The notes below the pieces were generated by a model, which was not told the DNA's origin, made no database searches, and saw nothing but the letters and a program-made list of their open reading frames with translations. Made by a program: the position numbers and the translations under genes. 64,000 nt of DNA, from assembly GCA_964016885.1 (NCBI GenBank), contig OZ024744.1:66960001-67024000 (forward strand), given 5' to 3'. The stretch is from Eledone cirrhosa. Lineage: Eukaryota. Shown piece after piece: positions 41,194 through 54,330 of the stretch (positions within the stretch are counted from its first letter, which is position 1; every line of letters begins with the position of its first letter).

Positions 41194-42079
41194 TCAATCT
41201 GTTATTTTAATAAATATTTTCTCTACGCTTCTTATATATTTGATATATATTTATCCTTATCTCTTTGGATTTTAGTCTTCAAGATTAGAGTTGTAAGTAT
41301 GTTTTATTTTATTATATTATGATAGGTTATTTATATATACATACTTTTGGTGAGTATGTGTGTTGTTTTTATTAATAGATAGATAATTTAACTATTTTTT
41401 ATATGTGAATAGTTACGACGAATTTTTGTTTAAATTTAATATATGTTTTAAGAAAACAGGAAGTAGTTTTATTTTATTACCGAAGATTATTTTGTACATT
41501 CAATAGTTGCATGAAGATAGGAATAAATTTACGAAATTATAATAAATTTTCATATTTATGTAGCTTAGCTGTTACTTAGAAAAAAATGTTATATTTCAAA
41601 GGAAAAGATAACTCTAAAATTTCTTATTTAATGTAGCTATATATATTTACCGTTTATTCTAGAATTTACGTTAAAAAATTCAAATTATTTTATATATGAT
41701 TTTATAGTATCATATATTACATATTTTCTAAGATGAAAATGTCTATATGTATTTTTATAGCATTCCTTATATCTATGCAGAGGTTAGTGGTATTAAGTAT
41801 TTGTATGGATTTACAATGCCTATAGAGTCTATTAGGAATAAATTCTACAGACATCAAAAGTATATTCGAAAATATCATTAAAAGCATCACAAAAAAAAAA
41901 GATTAAAAAATATTATTTAAAAACATCACGAAAACATCTACAAAACACGACGAAGATATATAAAATGTAAACAGGTGAGATATAGAGGCTATAGATAATA
42001 TTTCCTATAGATTATAGATATTACCAAAAGTCTGAGATTGACGATGTCTACAAGAGTTAAATAATTCTTTCTTTTTGTT

Positions 42080-42610
42080 TACAGCGTTTTGATTGGTAAT
42101 TATGTGGAATATTCTTCAATACATAAATGACAAATTCTCGAGAGAGCCATATTTCGGTATGCGGGCGCTTTCAAAATCGTTCCCCAAGCGATTGAATAGT
42201 CAATATTATTGTCTTTTAAGTATCAAAATTGATGTGAAAGTGATGTTGAAAATGTTTTGTCTTATCTATTAAATGTATGTTTGTGATTATACCAGCGTTC
42301 CTTAAATTTTGTTGAAGTCGCTCCTTATAGTTATATAATTTATCTCTAGTTTTTACTGTGCATTTGTATACTAAGTCTTTATTTAGACAATTATTCTGTA
42401 AAGGGCAATTTAATTCGTTTCTTCAGTTACATTTTCTGGAATTGTTAACTATAGGAACGGTACGATTATATTAGTATTAATACTAAATATAACGATCTTT
42501 TTCACTTTTAACATTATCATCATTAACATATTCATCCCAAGATTTGAAATTCTTTTTCACTATTCAAACAGATCTTAAAACGATAAGTTCTTGTTTTTGG
42601 ATATGTCACT
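42080..42610 (-). pseudogene. Decayed PLE linker + GIY-YIG endonuclease (not in the ORF track)
   Basis: Hand translation KCN*RNELNCPLQNNCL..LVYKCTVKT..GATSTKF..RWYNHKHTF..YLKDNNIDYSIAW..ICHLCIEE. Confidence 0.75.
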
Positions 42611-42629
42611 ATCTGTAAAACAACTTTTG

Positions 42630-42690
42630 TATTTTATCTGATGAGAGCGTACCAAGATTTTGGTACCCTTGAAATATATATATTAAAATA
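42630..42690 (+). ncRNA. Type I hammerhead (family O), inverted at the 5' side of the decayed PLE
   Basis: UAUUUUAU CUGAUGA GAGCGUACCAA GAUU UUGGUACCCUU GAAAU AUAU AUA UUAAAAUA. Confidence 0.78.
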
Positions 42691-42882
42691 AATATAGTTT
42701 TATAAAGATAGTTTCCATTTATTAATATTATTGATATTATACTCCAAAAGAATCCTGTAGAGTGCTTCGAATTGTTATAAATAAATTTGTTGAATAACCA
42801 ACAAATTAAATAACTCTATGCTTACACACATATATATATATATATATATATAGTTATGTAATAAACAACATGAGATAATTAT

Positions 42883-42943
42883 TTCATTTACCAGTGGTTT
42901 CTTGAAGACAGATGTTGTGTCTGTCTTCAGTCGTCAGAATGAA
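42883..42943 (-). ncRNA. Type I hammerhead (family S, copy 3)
   Basis: UUCAUU CUGACGA CUGAAGACAGA CACAACA UCUGUCUUCAA GAAAC CACUG GUA AAUGAA. Confidence 0.87.
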
Positions 42944-43042
42944 TAAAAGACAAGGTGTATTTATTAAAAATGGATTTGAAAACAAAATTTAGGAAATATG
43001 AAATTGAGGCTGAAAAAAAAACGGGCGAAAAGGAAATAGGGG

Positions 43043-43074
<32 letters not shown>

Positions 43075-43084
<10 letters not shown>

Positions 43085-43410
43085 GACGTAAATAAGAAAG
43101 TTATGAAAATTGACTTATTTACTAAAATTTCACTCCAACTAATTAGTTTCAGTAAGGGGATAAATACAGTTATGTAATACCTGTAGAGAAGCCTTTCGCT
43201 TTTTTCCATCCACTGAATTATTGTTATATAAGCTTCCAGTGTCCCCGCATTGCCTGGTGGCTTAGCTGAGAACAGACTCCCTGATGACGTAAGGCTTCTC
43301 TACAGGTATTACATAACTGTATTTATCCCCTTACTGAAACTAATTAGTTGGAGTGAAATTTTAGTAAATAAGTCAATTTTCATAACTTTCTTATTTACGT
43401 CTTTCATATA
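43075..43410. mobile_element. Fold-back HHR element, family K
   Basis: ~120-bp inverted arms 43075-43195 and 43291-43410, apparently identical; left end in (TA)n. Confidence 0.82.
43276..43354 (+). ncRNA. Type I hammerhead (family K)
   Basis: ACUCC CUGAUGA C GUAAGG..CCUUAC U GAAAC UAAUUA GUU GGAGU. Confidence 0.87.
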
Positions 43411-43518
43411 ATTGTTCTGCATTCCTCTGCATAGAACTACAAAGTTACTAAGACAAAACATATATATCTGCTAGCGTAGGTATGCATCTGTATACATATG
43501 TCGGTAGATATATTAATT

Positions 43519-43567
<49 letters not shown>

Positions 43568-43868
43568 CTTAAATATCCAGAAGGTAAACATACACACACT
43601 CAACTACGCGCATATACTAAAAAGTACGTCGACGTATACTTTCTCACATAAGCGTATTTGCGTCTACATAGAAATGCGGACAGGAACATAAATACATACA
43701 CATACATATACACAGATATATACATAAATACATACATATACAGAGATATATATGCACTCAAAAATGTATACGAGCAGTAGTTAGGAAGCAGGAATAACTA
43801 AATAAATAAAAAAGAACAAAAAAAAATACAAAAAATATATGTATACATATATATATATATATATATAT

Positions 43869-44338
43869 AAAAGAAATAGGATTTCGCTTCAAGCATAGCT
43901 TTATACAATATGTATAAATATTTCGTATCTCCAAGGAAATACGGTTTTAGGAAGCCGTATCTATGCAAACACCGGGGGGGGGGGGGGGGGGGGGGCTAAC
44001 GCCCTCTGGTGATGTCCAGCAGAAGCAAGGGGGACAACCGTCTATGCATTTCAGGCTTAACTGGCCATCGTCAGGACGGTCCCTCCCACCGCTTGCGACT
44101 GCTGGACTAGAAGACAGCCGAGAATATATAGTTTTCTCGTCGGTGTAAATGAGCTGATTAATCTCATTTGCATATGAAGCTGCATAAGTTGGCTCAACTT
44201 ATAATGAAAAAGAAATAGGATTTCACTTCAAGCATAGCTTTATACAATATGTATAAATATTTCGTATCTCCAAGGAAATACGGTTTTAGGAAGCCGTAGC
44301 TATGCAAACACCGGGGAGCTAACGCCCTCTGGTGATGT
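43869..44338 (-). mobile_element. Retrozyme-like unit, family L: ~339-nt monomer with ~130-bp terminal direct repeat, in (TA)n
   Basis: Repeat starts 43871 and 44210; several internal hairpins; central HHR. Confidence 0.82.
44037..44080 (-). ncRNA. Minimal type I hammerhead (family L)
   Basis: ACCGUC CUGACGA U GGC CAGUUAA GCC U GAAAU GC AUA GACGGU. Confidence 0.88.
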
Positions 44339-44719
44339 ATATATATATAAGAAATATGTGATGTATATATATATATATATAAGAAATATATATATATATA
44401 ATATATATATATATAATATATATATATAAGAAAGTAAAAATTAAAATCAAAAACAAAATAAAGTAAAAAAAGCGGGACGTGTTGACAACGATAGGTGTGT
44501 ATGTGTGTGGTGGTGGGGGGGGGGGGATAAATAAAAATAACTTAAATATAAACAAATACACAAGATATGCATATACATATATATAAATATACACATACAT
44601 ACACATATACACATATACATGCATATATACCTATACACACATGCAAACACACACACGTATATATGTGTGTATATATATATATAAATAAATATACGTACAT
44701 ATACACATACATGTGCATA

Positions 44720-47700
44720 TCTCTCTATATATAAAACGGTAGATGTCTGTCTGTGTGTGTGTATGATTTTTATGCATTTCCACATTTCTCTACCGATTTT
44801 GATGATTCTTTTTTCAATGTGCTCCAAATTTACCAGGACAGGTCAACGCGTAATTACTTTTGCCAAACATTTCTTGCTTCTATGAAAAAAAATCGATAAA
44901 ACTAAACACATGCTGTAACCCTCTCTCTTACACGCTTCATTCCTCTCACTACCCTCAATCTCCTCTGCAACTCTCTTTAAAAGGTTACTGCCTCCGTCTC
45001 CATTACAGTTTAGAACAACGACAAATCTTCTCTCTCTATAATAGATCATTCACCCTCTTCGTTCGTCATACATCAAATATCAAAATTTAAATAGTCGATA
45101 ACACTAAATACATACTGCTCTCTCAACGTTACATTTTACATCAAATAGCAAATATTCAAAATGAATTTATAAAACAACAAACGTAACAATAACGACGCTT
45201 AAGCGTTCATTTACTTGAATTTCAACAAAGACATTATATTTTATTGTTGTCCTTTTTGTAATTTTTCTTTCTTTCTTTTTCTCAATATGAGACAAAAAAT
45301 TAATGAGAAAACTTTTTTAACGAACGTCCGATTTCGATGATTTATTTTCCAGTGTGCTCCAAAATAACGCCCCTGTTTACGCTCTTTTGTGCTATAACTC
45401 AGACAGGCTTGGCTTACAGGTTTCACCTATTATTTGACGTGCATTCTTCATAGATCTTACTTAGTACTCACTTTCCACTTACTCACCGTTCAATTGAAAG
45501 TTTTGGCTACTCCCCCTTTCATACTCCATTATCTGCATAAATATCTACGTGTTCGATCCTGCTACAATATAGTACTCACTTTAAACTAATTCAAAATTCA
45601 TTTGAAAGTTTTCGCTACCAAACACATTCTTTGAATCTACGGTCATGCCACCCCCAAAAAGACCACGACTTAGTCGCCAAACTAAAGCTGCTTCTGCTGC
45701 CAAACGAAGAAGAGCTACAGAGTTGTCCGTAGAAAAATTGACTCGGTTGTCACAAAATGCAACTCGAAATGCAATTACCTGGGCAACCGAGACAGAAAAA
45801 AAGAGGAGCTTCCGCCTTTCCGGAAATGCATTTGTAACTGCAGTTGCATGTGCAGCGCAAACTGATGAACAACATTCTCGATGACGAAGCAAAAATGCGG
45901 CCTCCACCGCTCCGGCACGTGACGGTGAGGACGAAGAACACCGTTACAGTCGACGACGAAGAGATGCCACCTCAACTGCTGCGTCACGTGCTGCCGAGGA
46001 CGAAGGGCAGCGTTCCAGACGTCAACGTGTGGACGCTGCTTCAACAGCTTCCGTTCGCGCATCAGAGACTGCGCAAATTCAATTACAAAGGCTAAACGCC
46101 AACGCACTCCGCAGGAGTGCTAAACGAGGTACACAGAGGATCAGTTGCACTCAGTGGTCTCATAAGACTTTCCACTATGACCCAACAGTAAACTATGCAC
46201 TGATGCCAGAAGTTCAGATTGGATCCATGTCTGTCATTTGCCAATATTGTCGAGCCAAAAAATGGCCTGGGGAGACTTCAGGGATGTGCTGCTCTGACGG
46301 CAAAGTGAAACTGCCTCCTCTACAAGAACCACCACAACCTTTGAAGTCTCTACTGACCGGTGCCACAGCGGAGTCGGAACACTTCCTTCAATGTTCCAGG
46401 AAATACAACGCTGCCTTCCAAATGACCTCTTTCGGAGCTAACATCATACGCGAGGACAGCTTCATGCCTACCTTTAAAGTTCAAGGACAAATTTACCACA
46501 GAATCGGTTCGCTACTGCCCACGACAGACGGACAGCCCCAGTTCCCACAGCTATACTTTGTCACTGACTATTTGGACCAAGCGGAACGACGCGCTTTCAT
46601 TTAGCCTGGCACAGACATGAAAATTCTGTTGCAACTCCAGAGAATGCTGCACGAAAACAACAACTACATTCGCAGTTTTAAACGCGCATTGGAGGCTGCT
46701 CCGTTGCCAAACTTTGCTGTTATAATCGACGCTAACAGGAAACCACCAGGCACCCACGCCAGACGTTTTAACACTCCCACGTGCAATGAAATAGCTGTGC
46801 TTCTTCATGGAGAACAGTACAACAAGCGGGACATCATACTTCAGTGTAGGGACAATAGTCTGCAACGGATCAGCGAGACGCATAGGTCCTACGACGCATT
46901 CCAATATTCCCTACTTTTCCCATTCGGTGACGACGGATACCACTTTGGAATTCCTTTGTGAAACAGCAACAAAACTTTCCTCTATGCAATTCTACACCTA
47001 CCAATTCATGGTCCGAAAATGCTGCTTTAACCAACTCCACCGTGCAAGAGTAATCTTCAACCAGCTTGCTGTAGACGCGTGCGCAAAGATGGAATCTGAA
47101 AGGCTGTGCTACAAAGGAACAATCAAGTATGCCTTCGTTCGGACAGCTACATTCACTTACGGGATGGAGTAAGGAATGACGTCGATCCCGAGAACCTAGG
47201 AAAACATTGTATCCTTCCGTCGACCTTCATTGGGAGTCCCCGATACATGAGTGAACGCACACAGGATGCTATGACGTACGTGCGTCTCTACGGCAGACCG
47301 GATCTCTTCATCACTTCAACATGCAACCTTAAGTGGAATGAAATTACCGCGGAATTATTCCCCGGACAAAGGGCGTCAGACAGACACGATCTTACGGCAC
47401 GAGTCTTTCACTTGAAGTTGACAAAACTTATTGAAATCCTAAAATCAGGTAAGGCCTTTGGACCTGTTAGGTGCTACGTATACACCGTTGAGTGGGAAAA
47501 GAGAGGCCTGCTACACGCTCACCTACTCATTTGGCTGATAACGAAAATCAACGCAAGCAGCATTGACAGCATCATTTCAGCAGAAATACCCGACCCAAAA
47601 TTGGAGAGAGAACTCCGCAACATCGTCACTGCTCACTCACATGTTTCATGGGCCATGCGGAAACGGTTTCAACATGACTTCTCCATGCATTAAAGAAAGA

Positions 47701-50432
47701 AGGTGCACCAAGAGGTATCCTAGGCCATTCCTCTGAGAAACTCGGACAGGTGGTGACGGTTATCCATTATACCGCCGCAGGGAGCCAGCGGACGGAGGAA
47801 TTGTTGCGAAAACACCACATCACAACGTCGACAACCGGTGGATTGTACCCTACTGCCCACTTCTGCTTAAATTGTTTAACGCCCATATTAACGTTGAATA
47901 CTGCCACTCCGTCAAATCGATAAAGTACGTCTGCAAGTATATCAATAATGGGTCCGATGCTGCGTCGTTTGGTCTTACAATGGAGAACAACCGAGACGAA
48001 GTAACTCGATACCAAGTCGGCCGATACATCAGCAGCAATGAAGCGTTCTGGCGATTCTTCCACTTTGCAATACACCATAACTACCCCCCAATCAAACAGT
48101 TGGCGGTGCATCTTGAAAACGGTCAAAGAGTCTACTTCACCGCCTCCACCGCTGCTGAGATAGAAGAGGAACACAAAGACACCACACTTACGGCATTTTT
48201 TAAGTTATGCCGAAACGATCCCTTCGCCAAGACCATCTTCTACTCTCAGGTGCCATCATACTACATATGGAACACAGACAACAGAATTTGGGTAAGAAGG
48301 GTGAAAGGACAACCCGTGGAGGGACATCCAGACATTAAAATGTCCCCTACCCTTGGGAGAGTGTACACCATTCATCCTAACCAACAGGAATGCTCTTATC
48401 TCCGCCTTCTACTGCATGACGTGGTAGGACCGACATCTTTCGACGATCTGAAAACAATCAACGGAGAGCTTTGTACTTCATTCCGCGCACCCTGCTTTAG
48501 ACGGGGTCTACTGGAAGATGGCGCTCAGTGGGATGCGACATTGGCAGAGGCAGCTACAATACGCTCAGCGCGAACTCTTCGGCAATTCTTTGCGGTGCTA
48601 CTGCAGACATGCGAGTTAAGCGACCCTGCATCCTTATGGGACAAATACAAAGAGGACCTTTCCGATGACTACATACACCAAGGACAACTGCTACTCCCTC
48701 ATTCCGACGTACGACTCAGCGACGAATTCTTCAACAAAGCTCTCATTGACATCGAGGACAAAATCCTAACTGCCGGCGGAAATGACCTTCCATTCTATGG
48801 ACAGCCAAAAGTTCAGCGAACGGGCTCCGACAAACTTCCGACGGGCATAATTCAGGAAACTGCCTACGACGTCCATGCGCTCGAACTGTTCATCAACGAA
48901 AACGAGCCGGAAATGTTGCGGGCCCAACGGCAGGCGTATGATACAGTTTGCACTTCCATTCGTCAACGCACAGGAGGTATCTTCTTTTTGGACGCCCCAG
49001 GAGGAACTGGTAAAACATTCGTCAATAAACTCCTCCTCGCCAAAGTGCGACAGCAGAAAGGAATCGCCCTGGTTGTGGCTTCTTCTGGCATTGCAACTCT
49101 GCTGCTCGGAGGTAGGACAGCTCATTCCGCATTTAAACTGCCACTCAGCACGACTTCAGACGACACAATAACCTGCAACATCACCAAGGACTCTGACAAA
49201 GCTGAAGTCTTGAAAAGGTGCCACCTAATTGTGTGGGACGAATGCACGAATGGCATTAGACAGAACCCTACGAGACATCAGGGAATGCAACCGGCCGATG
49301 GGAGGAGTACCTCTACTGCTGTCTGGCGATTTTCGACAAACTCTTCCAGTTGTTCCAAAAGCCACCAGGGCCGACACTGTGGGGGCTTGCATTAAGTCAT
49401 CTCCCCTGTGGCAGGAAGTGACAATCCTGACCCTCACAACAAACATGAGAGCCCAACGGCTCGGCGACCACTCAGCAGCCGACTTCTCAAAGGACCTCTT
49501 AACAGTTGGTGACGGCACTGCACCTTCAGATGCAGCTGCAGAAATGGCAGTCTCGCAAGTAGGCACCGTTGTCGACACTGTTGACGACCTCACAGCCTCT
49601 GTCTTTCCCGATATGGCGACCAACTACAAAAACACGAGTTGATTATGCGATAGAGCCATATTGGCTCCCAAAAATGTCTCAGTTGCAAAAATCAATGAGG
49701 ACCTTCTGCAACGCATTCCTGGAACCTCCGTACCTACAAATCTGTGGACAAAGTGGTGGACAAAGATGAGGTTGACGATTTTCCAACAGAATTCTTCAAT
49801 TCCTTGGACCTCTCTGGACTGCCACCTCATGAACTGCGCGTCAAAGCTGGGACCCCAGTCATGCTGTTGAGGAACCTGGAACCACCACGTCTCTGTAATG
49901 GAACACGGTTAGTGGTAAGAAACCTCCTGCCGCATGTAATTGAAGCCACAATTCACACGGGCTGCGACGCTGGAGAAAACGTCTTCATACCCAGAATACC
50001 ATTAAATCCATCAGGTACGGAATGCCCCTGTACTCTGCGCCGACCTCAATTCCCCGTTAAACTTTGCTTCGCGATGTCAATCAACAAGTCCCAAGACCAA
50101 ACACTATCAACGGCAGGCCTGCATTTAGCCCAGCCGTGCTTCTCACACGGCCAATTATACGTCGCATGCTCAAGAGTGGGATGCAAGCAGAACTTATTCA
50201 TACTTGCGCCCAAAGGCAGAACAAAAAATGTGGTCTACATAGAGGTGTTGTGACTCCTCTATTCAGCACCACTGCAGTCTTGCCGGTCTGACATATAGTG
50301 AGTAGATGCTATTGTTGTATATTTTCAAACTACCCGTATTTACTTTCAATGCCTTAATATTCATAATTGAGTGGAATCATTAAAAGTACTTTAAAGCAAT
50401 TAAACTCCGAGCAACGCCGGGCACTTCTGCTA

Positions 50433-50433
<1 letters not shown>
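44720..50433 (+). mobile_element. Helitron, full length (~5.7 kb)
   Basis: A|TC 5' end at 44720; GC hairpin CCGAGCAACGCCGGG then CTAG|T at 50430-50434; RepHel coding region inside. Confidence 0.9.
45645..50253 (+). pseudogene. Helitron RepHel (Zn finger, HUH Rep, Pif1-like SF1 helicase), several frameshifts and stops
   Basis: CQYCRA..CCSDG, PDLFITSTCN, VEWEKRGLLHAH, KYVCKY, DAPGGTGKT, WDEC, GDFRQ, LCNGTRL, AMSINKSQ, FSHGQLYVACSRV. Confidence 0.93.
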
Positions 50434-50500
<67 letters not shown>

Positions 50501-50866
50501 GTGCGCACATATACACACACATACACACACACATATTTATATATAAACACACACACATACATATATACATATACACACACAACCACATGCATACACATTA
50601 AAAAAAATACAATAAAATAGATAAATGAATCTCAAAGGTACATAACCCATGTACATACGTACATATAGGCGTGCGCACACACGTACGTAATAAGGAATTA
50701 ACACAAACATACAAATAAACATATATGTAAATCCATACACACACATATATATATACACATATACACAAACACATATATACAAACACATGTATACATATAT
50801 ACAAATACATATAAACAAATATATACATACATATATATATAGATATACAAACACATACATACATAT

Positions 50867-51568
50867 TGCATTCGTTAGCTTGGCTGCAGCCAGAGCTCCG
50901 ATTATGTTGTACTAAATTTTGTATTATTATTTCCTAGACTTTATGATTAATTGATTAATTTAATTAGACAATTCTATTGATTGGTTAATTGTTTATGTTT
51001 GTTTAATAACATCTAGTTGAGTGCTTTATTCGGTTTGTGTAAGGGAATTTATTCCTTTGTTCAAATTTTGAATTTGACCGCCAAAACCGGGGATTACCTC
51101 CTTTCGGGAAAACCATGTGCCTACCAGCAGTGTTTACTGCTATTCAATCACAACCGGGCGGACTAGAACGAAAACTTGCTGACGAAGTAAATTCCACTGT
51201 TCTATCTTCCAAAACCAATAACTTGCAGGCTCCTGCAAGTGGATTTTGTCGATTTCGGATTTACAGAAACCTAGTGGAGATATTATATATTATATGTGAT
51301 ATATATTATATATTATATGTTATATATTATGTGTTATATATGGTATCGACGCGATGGTCCAGGTTTGTCAGATTTTCCTGAGTTCAGTTTTTTTCGTCGC
51401 TTTGGTCACTGCGGTTTGCCTTTCGGTCGTTGTCTTCAATTTGCAAAGCTGTCTAAACGTAATGTTATAACTCTAAGGTAATATACTTTATTGAGTGCTT
51501 AGCTGCACACCACGACTGCATTCGTTAGCTTGGCTGCAGCCAGAGCTTCGATTATGCTGTACTAAATT
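50867..51568 (+). mobile_element. Family M: ~650-nt unit with 52-bp terminal direct repeat and degenerate HHR (51175-51279)
   Basis: TGCATTCGTTAGCTTGGCTGCAGCCAGAGC at 50867 and 51517; CUGACGA A GUAAAUUCC..GGAUUUAC A GAAAC CUAG. Confidence 0.62.
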
Positions 51569-52040
51569 ATATATATATATACACTCACATACACACACAT
51601 ATATATATATATAAATATAAAAACACGTATATATGTAAGTACACATAAGCATGTCTGCATTTGCACCCACATATAACCTTATGTTAGTACACTTAAAAAC
51701 CTAGTGGGTATGTAAGGACAAAGGGGAGTAAAACTGAAATAAAATAATAAAAACAATTATTAAGAACAGGTAAGGGAGAAAAGAGGTGTAAAAGTTGTAG
51801 GAGAGAGTAAATGTTTGTAATGAGATCTGGATAAGGGTATATAGTTAACAAGTAATCCGGGTAAAGGATAAAGGTGATGGGTGTGTATGTATTAAAGGTA
51901 TGGTAGATAGTAGGGGTTGGGAATATAAGTCAAATGATATAAGAAAGAGATGAGGGAGAAAAAGTATATATTGGTAAAAAGTATGTGTCCATAAGGTAAA
52001 GAAATTGGTAGTGAGTGGGAGGCATGATAAGTAAAGAAGC

Positions 52041-53445
52041 TCAAGGTGGTTGAGCAATCGTTGGTATGTAAATCCAGTTAAAAAGTAGATGCGATTTCAG
52101 GTGCGGACAACATCTAAAGATCTCGGTCTTAGAGTTGAGACAAGTGGTAGAGGTTTTCAAGCTTTGGAGAATTCTAAATTTTTCCGTAGTACACAAAGAA
52201 CATTTCTTTGTGCCCCTTTGGCATTCTCTTGAATGGTCTAAAATAGACCAATCAATAGTGTACGGAATGTTTTTGTCTTTGAACTCCCACACTTTATTTG
52301 CCAGCGCCGTTGCTGTTCTTTTTTCAGGGTGTTTGAAAGAAGCGACATGTGCATAATACCTGGTTTTAAATCTATCCTGAGTCATGCCAACATATCGTTC
52401 ACTCCTGGCCTCATACACGATAGATTTGGTATTACATTTACCCTGTAATGGGCATTCTTCCGGCTTCCTGCAACTGCATCCTGGATTTACTCTAGTACCA
52501 TTAGAGTTGGTAATTTTAGTTTTCATTGATGGGCAGCAAGAGTAACTGATTTTAACTACATTTCTATTGAATATCTTATTATATCTATGATTAGGGGGAA
52601 AATGTTTGACAAGGAGGTCGAGGAATTTTCTTCCTACGTTAGTTTCAACTTAGAGAGAAGGGGGGTGTAAACCAAATATGTTTTTCTTTTCCTGGTATTG
52701 TGTTTAGTGTTAGAAAGAGGAGTAGGTAAATATTCAATTTGTTCGGGGAAGCCGCTGTTATTGAGGGCTTTATTATAATAAGGGGCGGCTTTGTTAAAAA
52801 TGTCTATAGACGAAGATAAGGTAGAGATCCTACGGCTAATGTTAGGAATAAGATTTTTAAAGACTATAGGGGGATGGCAAAACTGTTTGTGTATATATCT
52901 TAAATTTTCATTAGGTTTATGATAAGGTTTAAAAGAGTCGGTAAGTAGGTCAAGATTGATATCAAGAAAGTTAGCATTAGTAAGATTCGTATCTATAGTA
53001 ATTTTAAGGTTTAGGTTGGCAAAGGTATTGATTAAGTCTTTACAGAATTTATCAAGGTTATGACCGTTGGTGGTATGAGAAACTGCCAAACCGTCGTCAC
53101 GGTATAAACCGACATTATGGCAAGGAAATTTCTCTTTAAGGGTGTGGAGAAGGAATAATCCTGCTAAGTCACACACATCCACACTGTCATTTGAGCCCAT
53201 CGCAACATCAAAAGAGTTTTCAGGACTTGAAGTTTTAACCCAAGTAGCTTCATTAGCAAAAAATAGTGTTTTCCTAGCAGGAAAGATAACGTCTTCTTCT
53301 AATTTAGAAATATTAATGAAAAGTCTAGCAAAATCTAAGGCTTAATAAGGATTCAGTGATAGAGGGGTAAAAATCAACAATATCAAATTGCGTAAATCTA
53401 CACTTATTTTTTCCTTGTATGTTATTAAACCAAGAAATAACAGAC
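52041..53445 (-). pseudogene. Penelope-like element RT + linker + GIY-YIG, frameshifted and 5'-truncated
   Basis: QFDIVDFYPSI, MGSNDSVDVCDL, LYRDDGL, FLDINLDL, KHFPPNH..IFNRN, CSCRKPEECPL, IVYEA..YVGMT, CSLCTTE. Confidence 0.9.
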
Positions 53446-53579
53446 GATGTATTTAACTATCGAGATAAGTCAGTCATTTCTGACGGAAATACTTGATTTA
53501 TATATATATAAATATAAATTCAGCGAGAATCGCATTTCGGCGGGTAGAACAAGCGAAACATATACATACACAAACGCAT

Positions 53580-53666
<87 letters not shown>

Positions 53667-53731
53667 TATATATATATATATGTATATGTGAGTGCATGAG
53701 TGTATGTGTGTTTTTGAGTGTATATATGTGA

Positions 53732-53774
<43 letters not shown>

Positions 53775-53964
53775 AGTTTGTGTGTAGGTGTGAATATAAT
53801 GAATATAACGACACCCACCTACATTCACACATATTTAGCGAATCTTAAAACGTGGTTCTCACTGTTTTCTCTACATTGTCATCTCCCCTTACCCCATTCA
53901 TCAAGTGTAGAATTGTGTATATGTATCTCATATGTATTTCTTTAATGTCTATGTCTCTGTTTTT

Positions 53965-53999
53965 CTATACATTTCTTTTCTTTCTTTCTCTCTTTTTAT

Positions 54000-54086
<87 letters not shown>

Positions 54087-54249
54087 CTCTTTTCTTTCTT
54101 TTTTTCTTTCTTTCTTTCTTTCACTTTTCTTTCTTTCTCTTTTCTTTCTTTCTTTCTTTCTTTTTTACTTTCTTTCTTTCTTTCACTTTCTTTCTTTCTT
54201 CCTTTCTTTCTTTCACGTTTCTTTCTTTCTTTCTCTCTTTTCTTTCTTT

Positions 54250-54289
<40 letters not shown>

Positions 54290-54330
54290 TCGCTCTTTTC
54301 TTTCTTTCCTTCTTTCTTTCTTTCTTTCTT
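53965..54330 (+). repeat. (TTTC)n tract
   Basis: Direct reading. Confidence 0.95.

Larger units (their letters stand above)
37251..41215 (+). mobile_element. 5'-truncated Penelope-like element bounded by inverted pLTRs (37251-37405 and 41056-41215), with nested CRE-like insertion
   Basis: ~155-bp inverted terminal match; coding remnant 37406-38330. Confidence 0.72.

Noticed and set aside
53495-53565. Hammerhead at the 5' end of the minus-strand PLE (CTGACGG..GAAAC)
   Set aside because: Core is CUGACGG and no consistent stems I and III could be formed.
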